Shown here: positions 17,454-26,137 of the stretch, piece by piece
Numbering within the stretch: position 1 is the stretch's first letter
Layout of the letters: every line of letters starts with the position of its first letter
From: Candidatus Jordarchaeales archaeon
GTDB lineage: Archaea; Asgardarchaeota; Jordiarchaeia; Jordiarchaeales; Freyrarchaeaceae
Direction: 5' to 3'
DNA: 32,000 nt
Assembly: GCA_038889235.1 (NCBI GenBank)
Contig: JAWAHN010000001.1
Span: 854,499 to 886,498, forward strand
Position numbers and translations under genes: made by a program
Notes under the pieces: model-generated
Told to the model about the DNA's origin: nothing
Database searches by the model: none
What the model saw: the letters and a program-made list of their open reading frames with translations, nothing else

Positions 17454-17463
17454 GTTATAAAAA
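17454..17463. promoter_or_regulatory. TATA-like element between divergent pyrI and pyrB
   Basis: GTTATAAAAA is TATA-like on both strands, near the centre of the 113-bp gap. Confidence 0.45.
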
Positions 17464-17519
17464 GGTATTCTTTTCCCGCTTAAGACTTAGGTCAGCTGCT
17501 TAAGTTCGGAGGTAAAACG

Positions 17520-18443
17520 TTGGCGAAAGGCATCCTCGGACTGAAACATGTCGTTTCAATAAAAGATTTTTCCAGGAGACATATTGAGTGGCTTAACGAA
17601 GAAGCCGAAAAAATGGAGCCAATTTTTAGGGTTGGAAGTGATGTGCTAAAAGGAAAAATACTGGCGACTTTGTTCATGGAACCCAGCACACGTACTCGTC
17701 TTTCGTTTGCAACTGCGATGTACAAGTTAGGGGGCAATGTTATAGGGTTCGAGAGCATGGAGGCTTCGTCCATGGCTAAAGGGGAGAATCTTAACGATAC
17801 AATTAAAACGGTCGAGAACTACTGCGACGCCATAGTTTTACGTCACTGGCTTGAGGGAGCTGCTAAATTCGCTTCAGAAATATCCAGCGTCCCCATTATA
17901 AACGCCGGCTCAGGGACTGAGGAGCACCCAACCCAGGCACTTCTCGACATCTTCACAATAAAAAGAGAGATGGGGACGATAGACGGTTTGAATATAGCTA
18001 TAATGGGAGATTTAAAGTACGGGCGTACTGTTAAATCTCTTTGTTACGGTCTTGCTAATTTCGACGTCGAAATATACTTAGTATCTCCCGAGAGTCTGAG
18101 GATGCCTGAAGACGTGATACGCTACTTAGAGAAAAGAGGAAAGCGAGTTGAAGAACATAACACGCTTGACAAAATAATAAACAAAATAGACGTGTTGTAC
18201 GTTACTAGGCTGCAAAAAGAAAGATTTCCGGATATTGCTGAGTACGAGAAACTTAGGGGGAGCTACAAAATAGATGTGAAAACACTTAGCAATGCAAAAA
18301 GGAACATGATAATCCTGCACCCGTTGCCTAGGATAGATGAAATAGACCCGGAAGTCGATAAAACCCATCATGCAAGATACTTTAAACAGCCTTTCTACGG
18401 GGTTCTTGTAAGAATGGCTATCCTGAAAAATTTGCTTTCATAA
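17520..18443 (+). CDS. pyrB: Aspartate carbamoyltransferase catalytic chain
   Basis: FMEPSTRTRLSF, KGENLNDT, INAGSGTEEHPTQALLD, GDLKYGRTV, YVTRLQKERF, LHPLPR. Confidence 0.98.
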   Translation: MAKGILGLKHVVSIKDFSRRHIEWLNEEAEKMEPIFRVGSDVLKGKILATLFMEPSTRTRLSFATAMYKLGGNVIGFESMEASSMAKGENLNDTIKTVENYCDAIVLRHWLEGAAKFASEISSVPIINAGSGTEEHPTQALLDIFTIKREMGTIDGLNIAIMGDLKYGRTVKSLCYGLANFDVEIYLVSPESLRMPEDVIRYLEKRGKRVEEHNTLDKIINKIDVLYVTRLQKERFPDIAEYEKLRGSYKIDVKTLSNAKRNMIILHPLPRIDEIDPEVDKTHHARYFKQPFYGVLVRMAILKNLLS

Positions 18444-18461
18444 AAGATACGTAAGGGATTA

Positions 18462-18584
18462 GTGCAAATCAGTCCTGAGTACATCGTTTTGCTTGCTTCG
18501 CCTGGGAAAAGGGAAGTATGCAAAGTTGAGGCCGAAATGGCCTTAGAAAAATTGGGTTTAAAAGGGGGAAATGCTATAAAGTGA
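18462..18584 (+). CDS. Possible 40-aa small ORF or gene remnant
   Basis: GTG...TGA encodes MQISPEYIVLLASPGKREVCKVEAEMALEKLGLKGGNAIK, with an AAGGGA SD-like motif upstream. Confidence 0.3.
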   Translation: MQISPEYIVLLASPGKREVCKVEAEMALEKLGLKGGNAIK

Positions 18585-18687
18585 GGAAGAATGTTTTCAC
18601 GAGACCGTGGTAACTTTTTAGAGTGATGATAAGTTTGCGTTAGAACGGTAGCGAGAATTTTGGGGACTCCTCTTTTAACCATCCTTG

Positions 18688-21513
18688 TTAGTTGTCCCAG
18701 AATTTTCTTGTCTTGATGTATTTTTTCTCTTCTTCGAGGATGGACAGCCAAAAGGCGTCTTCGGAGTGGTATGGTTTGCTGAGTATGCGGGTTGCCACCT
18801 TAGGTCCTATTCCCCTAGCAGCCATGCAAATGACCGCTTTTTTACCGTAAGAGGACACAAGTTTTGCTGCATCTAATCCTTTTTTAAATGCCTTGGCTTC
18901 TTCATCTGAGAGAGGGAGACCTTGCCTTTTCAGTCGAACAGCTTTGCTGATACCTGATCTATCACTTGGATGAGTTACTGCTATGAGGGAGCCGCCGCAG
19001 TTAGGGCAAATTATTCGTTCTGGCAACGTTTCGACTGTGCGTAATGCTTCCCACCCTTTGCAGCCGGGCCACATGCAGAGAAGTTTTACTTGTTCTTTGA
19101 GAAGTCGTTCTCTAACTATACTCGCTATCTGGGCTGTTGGGGCCTTAGGCTGAACAAGCTCTCTATTTACCTGTTTTAGGGCGTCGGCAGCCAGTGGTGA
19201 TGGGGAAAGTCGAACCGTGTAGTGGACAGATATTTTACCTGAACTTATTTCAGAGATTATTTGCTCGGTCTTTTGTATATCAAATTTTTCTTTTAGAATT
19301 TCGCGTAGAACCTCTTCCTCTAAAAGTGTTCCTTCAAATAGTCGAGAGACCTTTCTGAGAACGGCCCACGTGTAGTCAGCGCTTTTTTCGAGAACGCCAA
19401 AACGTCTTGCAACATGAAGGAAGTGCCAAAGGTATAGAGAGGAATTTTTAACAGAGTGAAGAGCAAGGGGGAGGACGTCTTCTTTTTTTAGGTTTTCTAC
19501 AGCGTCCTTCACGTCCCTAGCGTCAATACCATCATTAGAACTCAGGATGATGTGATATGGGGTAATACTGATAGAGGTTGAAACACCTGTTCTTGATGAG
19601 AGAATTGTTGCGATTATTCTTCCAAGAGTCTCATTTACAAGGCTACCGAAACATGCATGTATTATGACTAAAGAACCCTTGATTTTTTCAATTAGAATAT
19701 GATTTTGTGCGGGAAGAACTTCTTCTTTAACGTGTGAAGATATTACTTCCAACAAAGCTCTCTTTGATTCCTCGTCCATCGGATACTCGTCGAGCGGGCA
19801 AACCACTAGTTCTCCGGAAAGCCATTTTGCCACTTTCTCCCGTAATAGCGCCACTTCTTGGGCTACTTCGAAAGGTACAGGTATTAGCTCACCGAGCCAA
19901 GATGGTAGGCACGCTATGGGGTCTTCAAGCCTTTCTACGTTGATTCGGTCGTCCTCAATGCTCACAAGCCTCCATGGTTGTCCATTCATAACGAATGAGC
20001 CTTCAGTTTCTAGTTTTGGTATAAATGAAAAGTCAAGGGAGCCAATTTGCTTCCCGGAAACTATGTCGTAAACTGGAATCGATTTTACTTCCGGAATGGT
20101 TGAAAGATTCTCGTAGTAGTATTTTCTCGTGAGGCGGGTTTTACGGGCCACCCCATTTTTCATTTTGACTATCTTTAGTTCGGATAGAAAAGCCGAGACA
20201 TCTTCAAGGATTTTTATGGATAAGTTCCTGTACGGCCATGCTTTCTTGAAAACTTCTAGAACCTTGGAAAGAGGTGCTTCTCCGAAATCCAGTATAAAAC
20301 CGGCTAATTGGTGTGCTAAGACATCATATGGTTGCTCATATGGGATGATAGGTTCTAGTTCTCCTGCGACGGCTTTTCTTGCGATGACTATCGATTCAAG
20401 TAAATCGTCCACGCTGTCTGCCAAAATTACACCTTTAGACTTACTCTGAAAAGCATGGCCGCTACGGCCAACTCTTTGGACAAGGCGGGACACTTGGCGT
20501 GGGGAGTGGTATTGTAAGACAAGATCTACGTCCCCAATGTCTATACCTAACTCGAGAGATGACGTTGAAACTACGCCGCTTAGCTTTCCAACCTTTAACT
20601 CGTATTCCGTGGATTCTCTGACTTCTTTTGAAAGCGACCCGTGGTGAACACGGATACGTATTTCTGGGTCATATAATATTATACTGAGTCCAAGTGATTC
20701 AGCCATTTCTCGAGTATTTACAAAGACTAGGGTTTTCCTGTCACTTATCAGTCTAGCAATTTGCTCCACTTTGTTTAAAAAGTTTCCTTTTTCATTACTT
20801 TTTTCATCTGGCGGGGAAATCAATTTGACGGATATTTCCATGTCTTTATGCGTGTTAAACGTGACTACCACAACGTTTCGACCTACACCTCCGAGAAAAT
20901 TAGCTATCATTTCCGGATTGCCAACTGTTGCTGACAAGCCTATCCTCTGAAAATCCTTGCCAGTTAAAGTAACTAATCTTTCTAATGCAAGGGAGAGCTG
21001 AGCGCCTCTTTTAGAAGATGCAAGTTCATGTATTTCATCAACCACCACATACTTCACAGATTTAAGGTGCGCCCTCATTTTTGGCGCAGAGAGTATTGCT
21101 TGAAGTGTTTCAGGACATGTTATCAGGATGTCTGGAGGAGCACGCAATTGTTTCCGTCTTTCATGACTGCTGGTGTCTCCATGCCTTATTGAGACACGGA
21201 CACCGACAAACCTAGCAATTGACTGCATCCGTCTAAATAAGTCTCTGTTAAGGGCTCTTAAGGGAGTAATGTAAATGGCGCGAATGCCCGTTATCTCGTT
21301 TTTCGATTTCTCCTTTTCTTCTATTATGAAGTGTAACAAAGGGAAAAAGACGGCCTCAGTTTTTCCCCACCCAGTTGGGGCTACGAGTAACACATTGTCC
21401 CCTCGAAGTATGAGGGGAATTGCCTTTTCTTGTGGAGGAGTGGGTGTAACATATCCTTCTCTGCTTATTACCTCGCGAAGTTTGGGGTTAAGAAGATTGA
21501 AAACATTGTCCAT
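18688..21513 (-). CDS. lhr: Lhr-family SF2 DEAD/H helicase with C-terminal Cys-rich motif
   Basis: APTGWGKT, YITPLRALNRD, RHGDT, DEIH, GLSATVG, HHGSL, TSSLELGIDIG, QRVGRSGH; C-terminal C..PGC...CPNCG. Confidence 0.95.
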   Translation of the reverse strand: MDNVFNLLNPKLREVISREGYVTPTPPQEKAIPLILRGDNVLLVAPTGWGKTEAVFFPLLHFIIEEKEKSKNEITGIRAIYITPLRALNRDLFRRMQSIARFVGVRVSIRHGDTSSHERRKQLRAPPDILITCPETLQAILSAPKMRAHLKSVKYVVVDEIHELASSKRGAQLSLALERLVTLTGKDFQRIGLSATVGNPEMIANFLGGVGRNVVVVTFNTHKDMEISVKLISPPDEKSNEKGNFLNKVEQIARLISDRKTLVFVNTREMAESLGLSIILYDPEIRIRVHHGSLSKEVRESTEYELKVGKLSGVVSTSSLELGIDIGDVDLVLQYHSPRQVSRLVQRVGRSGHAFQSKSKGVILADSVDDLLESIVIARKAVAGELEPIIPYEQPYDVLAHQLAGFILDFGEAPLSKVLEVFKKAWPYRNLSIKILEDVSAFLSELKIVKMKNGVARKTRLTRKYYYENLSTIPEVKSIPVYDIVSGKQIGSLDFSFIPKLETEGSFVMNGQPWRLVSIEDDRINVERLEDPIACLPSWLGELIPVPFEVAQEVALLREKVAKWLSGELVVCPLDEYPMDEESKRALLEVISSHVKEEVLPAQNHILIEKIKGSLVIIHACFGSLVNETLGRIIATILSSRTGVSTSISITPYHIILSSNDGIDARDVKDAVENLKKEDVLPLALHSVKNSSLYLWHFLHVARRFGVLEKSADYTWAVLRKVSRLFEGTLLEEEVLREILKEKFDIQKTEQIISEISSGKISVHYTVRLSPSPLAADALKQVNRELVQPKAPTAQIASIVRERLLKEQVKLLCMWPGCKGWEALRTVETLPERIICPNCGGSLIAVTHPSDRSGISKAVRLKRQGLPLSDEEAKAFKKGLDAAKLVSSYGKKAVICMAARGIGPKVATRILSKPYHSEDAFWLSILEEEKKYIKTRKFWDN

Positions 21514-21525
21514 GAAGACACCTCT

Positions 21526-22458
21526 TCAAAAAATCCTTTGCAAATAACTCAGCTTTCCAATGTATGTAGCGTCAAGGAGCGTCAACGAGATCTGGTCGGG
21601 GTCTACTAGTCTACGTGACAAAAGGGGGCCTAGAAGCTCATTATTAACGTTTAATGGTACCCCGCCAAGCAACGGATTAAAAGCGGGCATGACAAGTAAG
21701 TTGATCACACCATCGTTTATTGAATCGTTAACTGGCGGCGTCTTCTTGCTAATGTATGATAAAAGTTTCATCCGGTCTAACTGGGTTTCCATCCAGACGG
21801 GTTTTAGCCATTTAGCTCCAGAACCATCTCTAATCTCTATTACGGGGTGGTTATGAGCGATGATCATCTGCTTTGCTTTAAGTAGTTCTGGTTTAGGCCA
21901 AGCATGGCCATGTAGAAGGGATATGCCGCACTCAGCGATAAAAATGCCCTTTGAGTCGTGCAGGGTAGCGTTTTTGGGAAGGATTTTTTCGATGCCCACA
22001 TCGTGATTTCCTTTAACTATCTCTACATCTATAAATGAGGATACTTGATTGAGGAAAGATGAGCATTCTTGAAGAGTAAACTTTGAAGGAGCCATTTCGT
22101 GCTTTACATCGCCGAGTATAATTAATTTTTTCGCGTTTAATCGTTTAACTAAATTGTAAATTTTTTCAACAAGTTTTTCTGTTTGAGACGGAACGCGGAA
22201 ACCGGCTTGTTTGAGGGCAGCCTCATAACCAACATGTACGTCTGCGACACACAATACTTTTGTGTTTTCGTAACTAAAAACTAATGCCGGCTCGTTGAGT
22301 AACTGTTTTAGATTCACTGCAGGCAAAGCGATATTCACCTTTAAATTCGCGTTAATGGTAATACCTACATAATGGGGGAGAAAGCTTATACTTTTCGGGA
22401 GAATCCTCAAAAGGTACGTTTTGACAGGAAACAGAAAAAAATCATTTTCACAATCCAA
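21526..22458 (-). CDS. Calcineurin-like metallophosphoesterase (Lhr-associated type)
   Basis: ADVHVG, LGDVKH, KGNHD, LHGH, HNHP, VMPAFN.L.GG. The true start is probably TTG 22326, after SD GGTGA. Confidence 0.9.
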   Translation of the reverse strand: MDCENDFFLFPVKTYLLRILPKSISFLPHYVGITINANLKVNIALPAVNLKQLLNEPALVFSYENTKVLCVADVHVGYEAALKQAGFRVPSQTEKLVEKIYNLVKRLNAKKLIILGDVKHEMAPSKFTLQECSSFLNQVSSFIDVEIVKGNHDVGIEKILPKNATLHDSKGIFIAECGISLLHGHAWPKPELLKAKQMIIAHNHPVIEIRDGSGAKWLKPVWMETQLDRMKLLSYISKKTPPVNDSINDGVINLLVMPAFNPLLGGVPLNVNNELLGPLLSRRLVDPDQISLTLLDATYIGKLSYLQRIF

Positions 22459-22478
22459 AGTTAAAATGGGGAGAAGAG

Positions 22479-22901
22479 TTGACTGAACTGGAAGTGCTGG
22501 AGAAAGTTAAAAAAAGCAAGTGTATTTCCGGAAGAGAGTTAGAGGAGCTGGCGGAAAAGTTCGGGGAAAGATTCTGGAAGGCTCTCAGAGCAGTAGCCGA
22601 AAGAAGAGTCAAAAAGTACGTCTTTAACCCAAGCAAGAGAATTCTCTGGGTGGTGGTCGGTAAAAGGAGGGATTACTTAATCATTTCGAATTTCTACTGT
22701 AGCTGCGATGATTTCTATTTAAACGTTGTTATACGTAGGAACGCGCCTATGTGCTATCACTTACTAAGCAAGCAGCTTGCAGAGGCTCTTTCAATATATG
22801 ATACATACTTCGTCTCAGACGAGGAATACGAACCATTAATAGAAGAGTGGAAAGGTATAGAAAGAGAGAGACAAAACGAGGTGCAAGAATATGATAGTTG
22901 A
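22479..22901 (+). CDS. SWIM zinc-finger protein
   Basis: YCSCDDF...CYHL (CxC..CxH SWIM motif); WVVVGK..DYLI. Confidence 0.85.
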   Translation: MTELEVLEKVKKSKCISGRELEELAEKFGERFWKALRAVAERRVKKYVFNPSKRILWVVVGKRRDYLIISNFYCSCDDFYLNVVIRRNAPMCYHLLSKQLAEALSIYDTYFVSDEEYEPLIEEWKGIERERQNEVQEYDS

Positions 22902-23007
22902 AATTCCAACCATTCAAAATTTAATTTTGCTTATTGGAGGATTAATTGTTGCAATCATACTAATCTACGTGGTAGTTTGTGGAAAGGAGGAGGGGGAGAG
23001 TAGCTGA
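22891..23007 (+). CDS. Unannotated 38-aa single-pass membrane protein
   Basis: MIVEIPTIQNLILLIGGLIVAIILIYVVVCGKEEGESS; SD GAGGTG at 22878-22883; overlaps the SWIM gene end, and its TGA overlaps the next ATG (TGATG). Confidence 0.65.
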   Translation: MIVEIPTIQNLILLIGGLIVAIILIYVVVCGKEEGESS

Positions 23008-23270
23008 TGAAAAATTCGAGTGAGCTTGAAGTAGTGGTATTCAACGTGTTTAAGAATGCTTTTCCCCATTTATGCGAACCCTCGAAAATTAGGGAATTAC
23101 TTGAAAAAGTGGTTAAGCAGACTGTCTCAATAGAGGAATTAATGTTTAAATTGCAAGAAGAAGAGAGACAATGCAGTTCGGCGACCTATAAAACAGACCT
23201 AAAAATCCTTCTATTCTACCTGGAAAAGGACTTAAGGAAGCTAAAACATAAAGGGAGCGATGTTTTTTGA
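23007..23270 (+). CDS. Hypothetical 87-aa helical protein
   Basis: ATG overlaps the upstream TGA; purine-rich SD GGAGG upstream; no recognisable motif. Confidence 0.7.
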   Translation: MKNSSELEVVVFNVFKNAFPHLCEPSKIRELLEKVVKQTVSIEELMFKLQEEERQCSSATYKTDLKILLFYLEKDLRKLKHKGSDVF

Positions 23271-23340
23271 AAAAACATAAAAGTGGTCTTTGCCAGATAT
23301 TTAATGGTACATTCTCCATCTAAAGGAGAAGGGGGAACCG

Positions 23341-24348
23341 TTGAGTCAGAGACAAAACCGCAAACTCGTAAAATGGGGAAATAGTAATACTGTCGTTATA
23401 AGTTTGCCTAGAGAGTGGGTGAAAAAGAGCGGGCTTGCCCCTAATGACGAAGTAGAAGTTATGGAAAACCCGGATGGAACACTTCTTATTGTACCGTCCC
23501 CCAGAGTGGTAAGTGAACAAACTTTAACAGCAACTATAGACATTCAGAAATATCCCAACTTGGAACATCTTAAGTACGCTATAGAGACAAAGTACCTTAG
23601 TGGCTACGATGTTATCAACATAGTGTCTAAACAACCGTTTACCAGTGAAAAGTATAATTTCATATCAGAGGTGGCCCATCAACTCCTAGGATTCGAAATA
23701 ACAAGCAAGACACCGAACCAAGTCACTTTGCAGGACGTTATGTCTATACAACAAACGAACATAATGCTCCTCATACGTGTCCTAAGCAGGAATGTGCTCG
23801 AATTAATGGAAGAGCTGATTAAAGCGCTACAAAAGAAGGACCTAAGAGTTATAGACGCTATTCTCCAGTCAAGAATGAACATAAACAGGTATTATCTTAG
23901 GATTACGCGGCAGCTTAGGAAGGGGCTCCAACAGTCATTTCTCCTGGTACAAATGGGTGTTACAGCACAAGATACAATAGACATGGTTATGTACGTAAAT
24001 GCACTTAACGAAATAGCAGGAAATATAGAGGCAATGTGCAGAGCCATGCAAAGACATCCTCTTCCAGATGAAGAACAGTTAAAGGAAGTGGCGGACATTC
24101 TTCAGAAAGTATATGAAGTACTTCAGCAGGCTACGCGTGCTTTTCACTTTAAGAAGGATCAAGATGCTATCGAAGTTCTAACTGTAATACCAAAACTGAT
24201 AACGGATAAAAGGACGCTTGAAGGAAAGCTGGGTGGAAAGATATCCACACTTGAAGGATTGATGATCCAAGTAGTTCTTGACGCAGGAGAAAAAATTGCA
24301 GAGGCTACTAAAAGTATAGCTCAGGCGGCCCTTAGAAGAGCGATTTGA
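23341..24348 (+). CDS. AbrB/SpoVT-type DNA-binding domain fused to PhoU-like domains (phosphate uptake regulator family)
   Basis: RKLVKWG...VISLPREWVKK.GL..NDEV (AbrB), then YLSGYD.I.I and helical PhoU-like repeats. Confidence 0.85.
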   Translation: MSQRQNRKLVKWGNSNTVVISLPREWVKKSGLAPNDEVEVMENPDGTLLIVPSPRVVSEQTLTATIDIQKYPNLEHLKYAIETKYLSGYDVINIVSKQPFTSEKYNFISEVAHQLLGFEITSKTPNQVTLQDVMSIQQTNIMLLIRVLSRNVLELMEELIKALQKKDLRVIDAILQSRMNINRYYLRITRQLRKGLQQSFLLVQMGVTAQDTIDMVMYVNALNEIAGNIEAMCRAMQRHPLPDEEQLKEVADILQKVYEVLQQATRAFHFKKDQDAIEVLTVIPKLITDKRTLEGKLGGKISTLEGLMIQVVLDAGEKIAEATKSIAQAALRRAI

Positions 24349-24378
24349 GAGAAAAACTGAGATAACTGATGAGTTAAT

Positions 24379-24393
24379 GAAAAAGTATAAATA
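24379..24393 (+). promoter_or_regulatory. BRE-TATA promoter of fwdA-fwdC-mch
   Basis: GAAAAAG-TATAAATA; SD AGGAGG at 24426-24431 before ATG 24440. Confidence 0.65.
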
Positions 24394-24439
24394 AGAAACA
24401 TTTTTAGCAGTCTTTGGCAGGCGTTAGGAGGCGGAAGAA

Positions 24440-26131
24440 ATGAACGCTTACGTACTCAAGGGAGGACACGTTTATGATCCTTTAAACAATATTGACGGAG
24501 AAAAAATGGACATATACATTGCTGGCGGTAAAATAGTAGAGGAGCCTCCAAAAGGAGCCAAGGTTATCGATGTTTCAGGAAAAGTTGTAATGCCAGGTGG
24601 AATTTGCATACATTCACACATAGCTGGAGGTAAAGTTAACTCTGGTAGAATGCTTCGACCAGAAGACCACAGAAGGGATAATATTCCGAAAAAGGGGCAG
24701 CTGAGGTCTGGGGTTGGATATACAGTTCCAACAACCTTCGTAACCGGGTACAGATTTGCAGCTATGGGGTATACTACCGTTTTTGAGCCTGCTGTCCCGC
24801 CTCTTAAAGCACGCCACACGCACGAAGAATTCCAGGATACGCCGATTTTGGACCATGGAGGCTTTGTCCTAACTGGAAACAACTGGTTTGTTCTAAACTA
24901 CGTTAAGAATAACGAAATGGACAAATTAGCGGCGTTTATAGCGTGGCTTCTATGGGCAACTAAGTGTTATGCTGTTAAGATTGTTAACCCAGGAGGGGTC
25001 GAATCCTGGGGATGGGGGAAAAACGTCAACGGGTTAGACGATAAGGTTCCATACTTTGACGTGACCCCACGCGAAATAGTGACTGCGCTAAGTTACGTTA
25101 ACGAAAAGCTTGGCTTACCTCATACGATTCACGTCCACGGGAACAACTTAGGCCAGCCAGGAAACTACGAAATTACGCTTGAAACAATGGAGGCAGTGAG
25201 AGAGATTAAAGCTTCAAAAGGAAGGCGCAGCGTGCTTCACTTTACACACATACAATTTAACGCTTATGCAGGTACAAGTTGGAAAGACTTCGCATCGGGA
25301 GCTCAGGAGATAGCAAATTACGTTAACAAACACGATCACGTAACGATTGACATAGGACAGGTTATCTTTGGAGACGCTACAACAATGACGGCTGACGGGC
25401 CTTGGGAGTTTGCACTCCGTCAAATTACGAGAGGAAACAAGTGGGTGAACAGCGATGTGGAACTGGAAACTGGATCAGGCATTGTTCCCTACGTCTTCAG
25501 ACGCACAGTTCCCGTCAATGCCGTGCAATGGGCTATAGGCTTAGAGTTAATGCTTTCAGTCAATGACTTATACAAGGTTTGTTTGACGACAGACCATCCG
25601 AATGGTGGACCGTTCTACTTCTACCCAAAGATTATCTCGTGGCTGGTAAGCCGTAAAGCCAGGAATGAAGAACTGGAGAAAGTGCACAAAGCGGCTATCG
25701 AAAAAACGACCCTGAAGGACTTAGATAAGGAGTACAACCTTTATGAAGTAGCAATAGTGACTAGGGCAGCCCAGGCTAAGATACTAGGTCTAAAGGACAG
25801 GGGCCACCTGGGCCCAGGAGCTAAGGGTGATGTGGCAGTTTACGATATTGACCCGACAAAGGTCAACCTTTCATCCAGCCCCGAGCTTGTGGAGAAAGCT
25901 TTCAGCGCGGCGGCGTACACATTCAAGGACGGAGAAATCGTTGTGAAAGACGGAGAAGTAATTGCGACGCCGCAAGGAAGCACCATATGGGTTAAAGTGA
26001 AGAAGCTTGAGGAGATGATGCCACTCATTGAGGAAGACTTGAAAGAAATGTGGAAACATTATACTATTTCGCTAAATAATTACCCGGTTCAAATGGAATA
26101 TTTGCCAAAGTCGGAAATGGTAGAAGTGTAG
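24440..26131 (+). CDS. fwdA: Formylmethanofuran dehydrogenase subunit A
   Basis: IHSHIAGGKVN.GR.LRPEDH, YTTVFEPAVPP..ARHTHEE, KIVNPGG, HVHGNNLG.PGN, HFTH.QF, TTDHPNGGPF. Confidence 0.97.
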   Translation: MNAYVLKGGHVYDPLNNIDGEKMDIYIAGGKIVEEPPKGAKVIDVSGKVVMPGGICIHSHIAGGKVNSGRMLRPEDHRRDNIPKKGQLRSGVGYTVPTTFVTGYRFAAMGYTTVFEPAVPPLKARHTHEEFQDTPILDHGGFVLTGNNWFVLNYVKNNEMDKLAAFIAWLLWATKCYAVKIVNPGGVESWGWGKNVNGLDDKVPYFDVTPREIVTALSYVNEKLGLPHTIHVHGNNLGQPGNYEITLETMEAVREIKASKGRRSVLHFTHIQFNAYAGTSWKDFASGAQEIANYVNKHDHVTIDIGQVIFGDATTMTADGPWEFALRQITRGNKWVNSDVELETGSGIVPYVFRRTVPVNAVQWAIGLELMLSVNDLYKVCLTTDHPNGGPFYFYPKIISWLVSRKARNEELEKVHKAAIEKTTLKDLDKEYNLYEVAIVTRAAQAKILGLKDRGHLGPGAKGDVAVYDIDPTKVNLSSSPELVEKAFSAAAYTFKDGEIVVKDGEVIATPQGSTIWVKVKKLEEMMPLIEEDLKEMWKHYTISLNNYPVQMEYLPKSEMVEV

Positions 26132-26137
26132 TGAAAG

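Noticed and set aside
18623-18680. GTGATGA box-C-like motif suggesting a C/D sRNA
   Set aside because: No box D (CTGA) at a suitable distance downstream.
18395-18751. 118-aa minus-strand ORF (or 95 aa from ATG 18682) following lhr
   Set aside because: It overlaps pyrB (and lhr in its long form), has no recognisable motif and an atypical composition; it cannot be fully excluded as the gap-filling gene.
21360-21383. Lhr Walker A reads APTGWGKT rather than APTGSGKT
   Set aside because: A single substitution at a variable position; the GKT and all other helicase motifs are intact.
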